A stretch of DNA of 64,000 nt from Anaerovoracaceae bacterium (GTDB lineage: Bacteria; Bacillota; Clostridia; Peptostreptococcales; Anaerovoracaceae), in assembly GCA_050953405.1 (NCBI GenBank), contig JBMNMP010000003.1:183159-247158 (forward strand), read 5' to 3'. A program made the translations under genes and the position numbers. A model generated the notes under the pieces. That model was given only the letters and a program-made list of their open reading frames with translations, did no database searches and was not told where the DNA came from. Below are positions 1-6,158 of the stretch, in pieces (the stretch's first letter is position 1; each line of letters opens with the position of its first letter).

Positions 1-2
1 GC

Positions 3-830
3 ATACACTTCCGCGCCAGCCTGTGCATGAAGTACGACTATCTCCACGGAATGTATTCGTATGCAAGGGTCTGCCGTGCTATGTACCTGGCCAGTGAGGA
101 TACCGAGTATGTGGGACGTTTCAAGGCGGAAGCTCTAGACTGGTTTGAACTGCTGACAGAGACGCATCCGAGATTTGCACAGGGCTATTACTACCTGGGC
201 TATGCTTATCTGAACATCGGCCTCTATGCCAAGGCGCAGATAGCATGGAAGTGGTTCCTCTCCTTTTCACACAACGGCAAGGACAGGCGTGAGATCACCA
301 AGCGTATGAAGCAGATCGAGGATCCGGTCACTATCGAGGCGGGCTGCAACGAGATCGCATCGGGCAGATTCGAGGAGGGCGTGAAGACTCTGGAGCCCTA
401 TCTCTCCAGCAGATTCAACACCTGGTGGCCGCTCCACTATTATCTGGGAGTCGGCTATGCGAATACCAGCAGGATACCGGATGCGGTGGCCCGCTTTCGC
501 CACACTCTGACGCTGAACGCTTCACATATCCAGACGATGCAGGAACTGCTGGCTATTTATCGCGCTCAGAATGACAAAGAAAACATCAAAAAGTATGAGA
601 GCAAGATCAAGATGGTGGAAGAGGGTCTGGCAGAGGAGGAGCGCGAGGCTGCCAGGAAGGCCGAAAAGACTGCCCGCAAAAGGCCGCTGAAGAACACCAG
701 CAGCCGAAAGACGGCAAAAAGCAACGAAAATCAAGCTGCGCGCGGGAAGAGTTCCGGAGCCGCTGATGACGAAAGCGGAAAAGATGACGGATCAAAACGT
801 ACGAAGTCCGGCATCAAACGTCTCCACTGA
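3..830 (+). CDS. TPR-like repeat protein with a basic low-complexity C-terminal tail; the 5' end probably lies outside the window
   Basis: ORF 27..830. The same frame has no stop back to nt 3. TPR-like helical motifs are present (YYYLGYAYLNIGLYAKA, HYYLGVGYANTSRIPDA). The tail is rich in K, R and S. Confidence 0.55.
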   Translation: MHFRASLCMKYDYLHGMYSYARVCRAMYLASEDTEYVGRFKAEALDWFELLTETHPRFAQGYYYLGYAYLNIGLYAKAQIAWKWFLSFSHNGKDRREITKRMKQIEDPVTIEAGCNEIASGRFEEGVKTLEPYLSSRFNTWWPLHYYLGVGYANTSRIPDAVARFRHTLTLNASHIQTMQELLAIYRAQNDKENIKKYESKIKMVEEGLAEEEREAARKAEKTARKRPLKNTSSRKTAKSNENQAARGKSSGAADDESGKDDGSKRTKSGIKRLH

Positions 831-869
831 GTATGCAAAAAAAAACATGGTTTGAAAGCGATTATCAGG

Positions 870-898
870 TTGACTAATATGGCGGCCTATTGTATAAT
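870..898 (+). promoter_or_regulatory. sigma-A type promoter of the tRNA-Asn/Leu/fMet operon
   Basis: TTGACT at 870-875, a 17-nt spacer, then TATAAT at 893-898 preceded by TG. It lies about 45 nt upstream of the first tRNA. Confidence 0.7.
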
Positions 899-940
899 TT
901 TACTTGTCGCGAATCGGGAAACCGATTAAAGATAAGGCAT

Positions 941-1015
941 TCCGAGGTAGCTCAATGGTGGAGCAACCGGCTGTTAACCGGTAGGCTGTGGGTTCGAGCC
1001 CCACCCTCGGAGCCA
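941..1015 (+). tRNA. tRNA-Asn (GTT)
   Basis: Hand-folded cloverleaf. Acceptor stem TCCGAGG/CCTCGGA, anticodon loop CTGTTAA, T-loop GGTTCGAGCC, encoded CCA. Confidence 0.9.
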
Positions 1016-1040
1016 TTTTTAAAAGCGAAGCTATCGGTCC

Positions 1041-1129
1041 GCCGGCGTGGCGGAATTGGCAGACGCACGGGACTTAAAATCCCGCGGTCAGTGATGACTG
1101 TACCGGTTCGACCCCGGTCGCCGGCACCA
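1041..1129 (+). tRNA. tRNA-Leu (TAA), long variable arm
   Basis: Acceptor stem GCCGGCG/CGCCGGC, anticodon loop CTTAAAA, long variable arm, T-loop GGTTCGACC, encoded CCA. Confidence 0.9.
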
Positions 1130-1146
1130 ATAATTGAATATAACAT

Positions 1147-1222
<76 letters not shown>

Positions 1223-1227
1223 GAAAG

Positions 1228-1272
1228 AAAAGCCTTGAAAACGCTGAGACTGCAACGTTCCAAGGCTTTTTT
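1228..1272 (+). terminator. Rho-independent terminator of the tRNA operon
   Basis: Stem AAGCCTTG (1230-1237) pairs with CAAGGCTT (1261-1268), followed by a T6 run. Confidence 0.7.
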
Positions 1273-1303
1273 CATGTGGAAATTTAGACTTCCATTATTT
1301 TAC

Positions 1304-2419
1304 TTATGTGGCGTTTTGATGCGTTTTGGGGTACTTTGATGTGGCACCCGGTGTGGCACCCTGTGGCACCCTTTGAGATCCGAGATCGGACAATTCGGAA
1401 GCCACATCCGACAGATCGTCGTTGTTAAGATTTGTGTAAATATTAGCTGTCATTTTTATATCAGTATGACCCATCAGTTTTTGAGCAACTCGAATATCAA
1501 TGCCACGCCTGGCCAACTCTGTGCAATATTCATGTCGCAAACAATACGGCACAAGATCAGGAGCAAGCGGAAAAGGCGGGATTAGAGCATTGCGGTACAT
1601 CTTGCAACCCATGGAAATATTGATCTGCCTGCAATAACTCTTCCAGATGCGCCTGCGCTGCCGTGGATCAATCCTGTGACCAGATGACGTGCAGGCAATA
1701 TAATCATATCCGGGTATGTCTTTAATCAGCTTAAAGAGCATGTCAGGCAAAGGGACTTCTCTATCGGCCGCAGCCGTTTTTGTCCCCCGTATATGTAAAA
1801 AATGGGCCCCATTTTTAGTGAGAATATCGCGCCCCTGGCATTCTGCCGCCTCTTCAGGGCGGCATCCGCACAGCAGCATTAAAAGAAATAAATAAAAACG
1901 CCGGTCGGTGATTCCGACCTGCAAGAAATAGGTTCTTTCGGAAGACGTAAGCGCACGGCGGTGTTGTTTTTTCCTGGTTAGAGGTTTAACCAAATCAGCC
2001 GTTGGGTCTGAGATGATCAAATTATTGCTGTAGGCGTGGCTAAAAAGAAATTTCAAAGCGTGATATACTTCCCCCACCTGTGTAGGGCTTTTCCCTGTTT
2101 GTAAATTCATCACGCGCTGGCAGTGTATAGGCTTAATTCTTTTTATTGGCATACTACCGATCTCAGAAAGAATGGATGACTTCATCCTCTGCTCAAATTT
2201 TTCTCTTGTGATTTCGGCTTGATTGGTCTTGTAAGTTTCAATGCACTTTTCCGCCCATTCGGAGAGCAACATATCGCCGCTGACAACATTCCGCGCCGTC
2301 TTGAGGCATTCCAGCTTTTTTGCCTTCTTTTCCCCCAGCTTAATAAGACTGTCCGCCCGGACTTCATATCGCCTGCCATCGTAGGTGAATGTGGTTCGGT
2401 ATTTATATTTTTTTGGCAT
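1304..2419 (-). CDS. int: Tyrosine recombinase (phage-type integrase)
   Basis: 371-aa ORF. C-terminal catalytic region: LLCGCRPEE, then CLRHEYCTELARRGIDIRVAQKLMGHTDIKMTANIYTN (R..H-x-x-R..Y pattern). RBS GAGGTG. It lies immediately downstream of a tRNA gene. Confidence 0.9.
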   Translation of the reverse strand: MPKKYKYRTTFTYDGRRYEVRADSLIKLGEKKAKKLECLKTARNVVSGDMLLSEWAEKCIETYKTNQAEITREKFEQRMKSSILSEIGSMPIKRIKPIHCQRVMNLQTGKSPTQVGEVYHALKFLFSHAYSNNLIISDPTADLVKPLTRKKQHRRALTSSERTYFLQVGITDRRFYLFLLMLLCGCRPEEAAECQGRDILTKNGAHFLHIRGTKTAAADREVPLPDMLFKLIKDIPGYDYIACTSSGHRIDPRQRRRIWKSYCRQINISMGCKMYRNALIPPFPLAPDLVPYCLRHEYCTELARRGIDIRVAQKLMGHTDIKMTANIYTNLNNDDLSDVASELSDLGSQRVPQGATPGATSKYPKTHQNAT

Positions 2420-2437
2420 GATATCACCTCATTTAAG

Positions 2438-2545
2438 TTTCACACGATTAGCTCACGATTATTTTTGATTATGTTGGCTGTTTTAAGCCATTTGTATTAA
2501 TTAAAAAGTTTGATTTCACACGATTAGCTCACGATTATTTTGATT
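2438..2545. repeat. Two direct copies (33 and 32 nt, 76-bp period) of TTTCACACGATTAGCTCACGATTATTTT(T)GATT upstream of int
   Basis: Copy A is 2438-2470 and copy B is 2514-2545. They are identical except for one T in a T-run. Each copy holds two CACGATTA octamers, for example at 2443-2450 and 2454-2461. Confidence 0.85.
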
Positions 2546-2603
2546 CCTCTGTTTCTAAACCCTCTCGGCCCCGCCAAGCACACGGCCGACGCATTGCACT
2601 ACG

Positions 2604-3101
2604 TTAGAACTTCGCCCTAAGTTCGATTACTCTACCTAAAATTGTAACAGGCAGGCTCGCAATCTCACTTTGTGTGTAAAAGTCCGGTGTGTACTTAATG
2701 TTGGTAGGCGCAAGTGATATCATGCCGCCATTATGCTTTTTCAGCATACGCATAATGGCATCGTCGGAATTGACCATCGCGATCACAATGTCGCCGCTGT
2801 CACAGTCTGGCTGTTTTCTTACGATTACTACATCACCGTCGCAGAAACGTGGCTCCATACAGTCGCCCTGAACCTGCAATGCTATTATTTCACCGCTTTG
2901 CGCCATCTCCGGCGTGATTTCTTCCCAGTCTATGATTTCTTCGACTGCTTCCATCGGCCGCCCGGCGTGAACCATACCGACCACTGGTATGCGGGGGTAC
3001 TTTCGTTTCTTTTTTGGCTCGGGCGAGTCAGAGTTGCATTCATCTATCAAGTCTGTTTTATTGACTTCAAAATAATCGGCTAATTTCTGAATTTTTCCCA
3101 T
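2604..3101 (-). CDS. LexA/CI-like S24 peptidase-domain repressor, N-terminally truncated (HTH mostly missing)
   Basis: 165 aa. It begins with only the last helix of an XRE-type HTH (KLADYFEVNKTDLI). The S24 domain carries GDCMEP (Cys where LexA-family proteins have the Ser nucleophile) and MRMLKK. An in-frame stop lies immediately upstream at 3104-3106. Confidence 0.75.
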   Translation of the reverse strand: MGKIQKLADYFEVNKTDLIDECNSDSPEPKKKRKYPRIPVVGMVHAGRPMEAVEEIIDWEEITPEMAQSGEIIALQVQGDCMEPRFCDGDVVIVRKQPDCDSGDIVIAMVNSDDAIMRMLKKHNGGMISLAPTNIKYTPDFYTQSEIASLPVTILGRVIELRAKF

Positions 3102-3109
3102 TCTAGGAA

Positions 3110-3436
3110 GTGCAATACCCCTTGGGGTTTACGTCGAATAATCTAAAAGAGCATTTCGGGTCGAATGGAAGGCATACCAAAGAATATCCGGGATGGACCG
3201 CCGAAAAATACGAGAATGAGGCATTAAAATTAGTGCAAAGCCGCACAACGGATGATATAATAGGGTATAAAACAATATACGGTGCGGTTGTAAGATACAG
3301 GAAAAGCACAAACGACCTTGTAGTAGGTTACCCTAATGGCGGAATTGCAACGATGTTCAAACCAAAAGGCAACGCCAAAAAAGGGTATAGATATGTGTTA
3401 AGGAAAATGAAGAAAGAAGGGATCATTCATGATTAA
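3110..3436 (+). CDS. Hypothetical protein; looks like an N-terminally truncated C-terminal toxin/nuclease-type domain
   Basis: 108-aa ORF with a GTG start 8 bp from the divergent repressor start. The pattern NLKEHF..GRHTKEY..AEKYENEALKLV...GIATMFKP recalls polymorphic-toxin or phage head-protein C-terminal domains. This assignment is from memory only. Confidence 0.35.
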   Translation: MQYPLGFTSNNLKEHFGSNGRHTKEYPGWTAEKYENEALKLVQSRTTDDIIGYKTIYGAVVRYRKSTNDLVVGYPNGGIATMFKPKGNAKKGYRYVLRKMKKEGIIHD

Positions 3437-3614
3437 ATGCCCCGTGTGTGGAAAATATGAATTTGAGAACATTGATGACTATCGCGTTTGCCCTATTTGT
3501 AATTGGGAGAATGAAGAGTATCAGAGGCGATACCCGGATGAAGACGGGGGCGCCAATCGAATGAGCCTTAATCAGGCACGTGAGGCTTGGAAGAAAGGTG
3601 AAAAAGTTATTTAA
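3429..3614 (+). CDS. CPCC-family cysteine-rich small protein (immunity-like)
   Basis: 61 aa with CPVCGKYEFEN...YRVCPICNWENEEYQ, the CPxC...CPxC-W-E pattern of the Cys-rich CPCC domain. Its start overlaps the preceding ORF by 8 nt. Confidence 0.6.
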   Translation: MIKCPVCGKYEFENIDDYRVCPICNWENEEYQRRYPDEDGGANRMSLNQAREAWKKGEKVI

Positions 3615-3616
3615 CT

Positions 3617-3646
3617 AAAGCACGACGCACAGCGCGTGCTTTTTTA
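3617..3646 (+). terminator. Rho-independent terminator
   Basis: Stem AGCACG...CGTGCT followed by a T6 run, directly after the CPCC ORF. Confidence 0.55.
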
Positions 3647-3661
3647 GTAGGAGGAACGGGA

Positions 3662-3880
3662 ATGAAAGAGAACAGAGAAACGATATATGAATCTTCCATA
3701 CAAAAGTTGATACAGCAGGTGAGGGATGTAGGGGGATATCTTCAGGAGCATGCGGACGAGATCGTATACCGTGGGCCATATCTGGAAGATGGCGCGTTGA
3801 AAATCATCGCAAGGTTCAATTACGGGAAGGTTCCGATTCTTGAGATAGGATATAATGTTGTTGTATTGAAACACAAATAA
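3662..3880 (+). CDS. Hypothetical small phage-region protein
   Basis: 72-aa ORF with RBS AGGAGGA 6 nt upstream. No recognisable motif. Confidence 0.4.
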   Translation: MKENRETIYESSIQKLIQQVRDVGGYLQEHADEIVYRGPYLEDGALKIIARFNYGKVPILEIGYNVVVLKHK

Positions 3881-3949
3881 CGCAGAAATGGGATGATATC
3901 ATGAAATATATTAGAGCACCGGTAAAGCATAAGGACTAAAGGAGGGGCA

Positions 3950-4370
3950 ATGGCAGATCGAATCGGACGCCAGACCCCTACGGAGAGTTTTGTTTTACCA
4001 TATCAAAAGACAGACGGCGCCGAGGCAATCGAAAGCTACGAGAAATCCGGGCGCACCGCAATGGACTGGCAGAAACTTCTTGTCTACGACATGCTGGCGA
4101 AAGAGGATGATAACCAGTGGACGCATATGAAATACGGGATCGCCGTCCCAAGGCAGAACGGCAAGAATGAAGCTGTCGCAATTCGCGAGATGTACGGGCT
4201 GCTGCACGGAGAGAAAATTCTACATACCGCGCACCGTACCGATACATCACATACCGCATGGGAACGGCTGCTCGAGATCCTGTCGGATGCCGGGCTTGTA
4301 AAGCCTGACAAGAAGGACAAAGGCCTGTATCGGGCGTTTGGAAAAGAACACCAGACGGTTGACAGCAACA
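3950..4370 (+). pseudogene. Phage terminase large subunit, N-terminal ~135-140 codons only; 5' half of chimeric ORF 3950..4783
   Basis: RBS AAGGAGGGG. The N-terminus MADRIGRQTPTESFVLPYQKTDGAEAIESYEKSGRTAMDWQK...VPRQNGKNEAVAIRE...LHTAHRTDTSHTAWERL matches the conserved N-terminus and Walker-A-like region of Clostridial phage TerL as I recall it. GC-rich: 34 G+C in the 60 nt at 4261-4320. Confidence 0.7.
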
Positions 4371-4783
4371 ATTATTCGACATCAAAAAACATCATAACAT
4401 CTTTGGATGCATATTCGGATCAATATAATCTGATTTGCAAAGTGGATATGTATTATAAGGATAAACAGCGTATTGTCGAACGAAAGAAAAAAATTAAAAG
4501 GATTTACGATGGCTATGTGTTCCAATTATATGCACAGTACTTCTGCCTCACGGAGATGGGATATCCTGTAACTAGTTTGCAGCTTTACAGTATGGATGAT
4601 AACAAGAAGTATGATGTGAAGCTGCCGGAAGATGACCTTCCTATGTATGAAAAATTCACAGGTACTATTCAGGCAATACTGCATTTCAATCTGGAAGAAT
4701 TTGTACAGACTAATGTTGAGAAATGCCGTCACTGTATATATGAACCAGCATGTGACAGAGCGGATATAAAGGAAAAGGAGTAG
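4371..4783 (+). pseudogene. cas4: cas4, 5'-truncated; 3' half of chimeric ORF 3950..4783
   Basis: PD-(D/E)xK core is present: LICKVDMY (motif II Asp), IVERKKK (E-x-K), QLYAQYF (QxxxY), and C-terminal Cys cluster CRHCIYEPAC. The N-terminal Cys and motif I are absent. AT-rich: 17 G+C in the 60 nt at 4381-4440. It sits directly upstream of cas1. Confidence 0.75.
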
Positions 4784-4787
4784 TCAT

Positions 4788-5747
4788 ATGCTCAGTTTGC
4801 CAGAAATTAAGAAAAAGCAAATAGTGTTTGTGTTTGCATATGAAGGTGACAAGCTTTCTTTTTCAAATGACAATATAGTTGTTAAGGATAAGGAAGGGAA
4901 GGTGAAACATCAATCAACGTGTTATAAACTGTTCATGGTTGTTATAGCTGGTGATATTACCATAACAAGTGGTATACTGAAAAGGGCTAAAAATTTCGGA
5001 TTTACTATTTGTTTGATGAACCGAAATCTCAAAGTATATCAGATGATAAACAGCGTTGGTGAGGGCAACACTCTGCTGCGCAAATATCAGTATTCATATG
5101 ACAAGTTAGATCTGGGAAAACGGATCACAGAAAATAAGATATATAATCAGCTAAGCGCATTGAAGAAGATGCGCAAAAAATCATTATTTGATAAGGAGGC
5201 GATTTCATACCTTAATAATTATATTGAAAAAGTTAATAGTGCAAATTCCATAAATGAAATGATGGGTTACGAAGGCGCTGCAGCAAAAATATATTTTGAA
5301 CGGATTTTCGACAATGGCGACTGGAAAGGCCGCAAACCGAGAATTAAATGCGACTATATTAATACAACTTTAGATATTGGATATAATATTCTTTTCAATT
5401 GTATGGAGGCATTGCTTCATGCGTTTGGATTTGATACATATTATGGCGTGTTGCATAGATGTTACTATAGACGAAAATCTCTAGTATGCGATTTTGTAGA
5501 ACCTTTCCGCCCTCTGATAGACCTGGAGGTAAGAAAGGGAATCAATTTGGGGCAGATCAAAAGTGAAGATTTTACGTTGCGAGGACATAGGTACGTGTTG
5601 GATTGGAAAAATTCTCCCAAATATGTAAGCTTGTTTGCCAAAGCAATTTTAGCACACAAAGAAGATATGTTTTTGTATGTACAGACGTACTATAGATCAT
5701 TCATGAAGCAGCTGGGTAGTTCTGAATTTCCGTTTTATAGAATGTAG
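4788..5747 (+). CDS. cas1: CRISPR-associated endonuclease Cas1
   Basis: 319 aa. Motifs GYEGAAAKIYF, TTLDIGYNILFN, and GVLH...SLVCDFVEPFRPLIDL. Flanked by cas4 and cas2. Confidence 0.9.
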   Translation: MLSLPEIKKKQIVFVFAYEGDKLSFSNDNIVVKDKEGKVKHQSTCYKLFMVVIAGDITITSGILKRAKNFGFTICLMNRNLKVYQMINSVGEGNTLLRKYQYSYDKLDLGKRITENKIYNQLSALKKMRKKSLFDKEAISYLNNYIEKVNSANSINEMMGYEGAAAKIYFERIFDNGDWKGRKPRIKCDYINTTLDIGYNILFNCMEALLHAFGFDTYYGVLHRCYYRRKSLVCDFVEPFRPLIDLEVRKGINLGQIKSEDFTLRGHRYVLDWKNSPKYVSLFAKAILAHKEDMFLYVQTYYRSFMKQLGSSEFPFYRM

Positions 5748-5756
5748 GCGATAGAG

Positions 5757-6032
5757 ATGATTGTTGTTAGCTATGATATCTCCGACAACAAACTCAGGAC
5801 AAGATTTTCAAAGTACCTGAAGAAGTTTGGACATCGATTACAGTATTCTGTATTTGAGATAGATGTGAGTGAGCGTATGCTGGACGTCATTGAGGCAGAA
5901 ATAAAAAACAAATATGAAAAAAGATTCGGGCAGGAGGATAGTATAATCATATTTCGCATGTCTAATACCTGTAAAAACACCAGATATGGCTATGCAGCAA
6001 ACGATAACGATGATATGATTATAGTAACATAA
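5757..6032 (+). CDS. cas2: CRISPR-associated endoribonuclease Cas2
   Basis: 91 aa. MIVVSYDISDNKLRTRFSKYLKKFGHRLQYSVFE is the typical Cas2 N-terminus. Confidence 0.9.
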   Translation: MIVVSYDISDNKLRTRFSKYLKKFGHRLQYSVFEIDVSERMLDVIEAEIKNKYEKRFGQEDSIIIFRMSNTCKNTRYGYAANDNDDMIIVT

Positions 6033-6158
6033 TTACAAACCTCAGTCTTTATGAGGTAATACCATATATTAGGTTTAATGAACATGGCAAATTTGTGTAT
6101 GATGAACAAAAATATAGGCTCCATAATAAAAATAATTGTACAACGCTAACACTTAAGC
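6033..6158 (+). promoter_or_regulatory. AT-rich CRISPR leader
   Basis: 126-nt AT-rich stretch between the cas2 stop and the first repeat. Small hairpin ACCTCA/TGAGGT at 6038-6058. Weak promoter candidate: TTAATG (6075-6080), 17 nt, TATGAT (6098-6103). Confidence 0.6.

Noticed and set aside
3124-3152. Spacer 5 (6444-6471) shares two 9-mers (GGGGTTTAC and TAAAAGAGC), in the same order, with the prophage remnant
   Set aside because: The two blocks are separated by 11 extra nt in the remnant and the flanks do not match. Given 50 spacers and a 64 kb window, paired 9-mer hits are within chance expectation. I found no full-length self-targeting protospacer by eye in 3950-4370, but that scan was not exhaustive.
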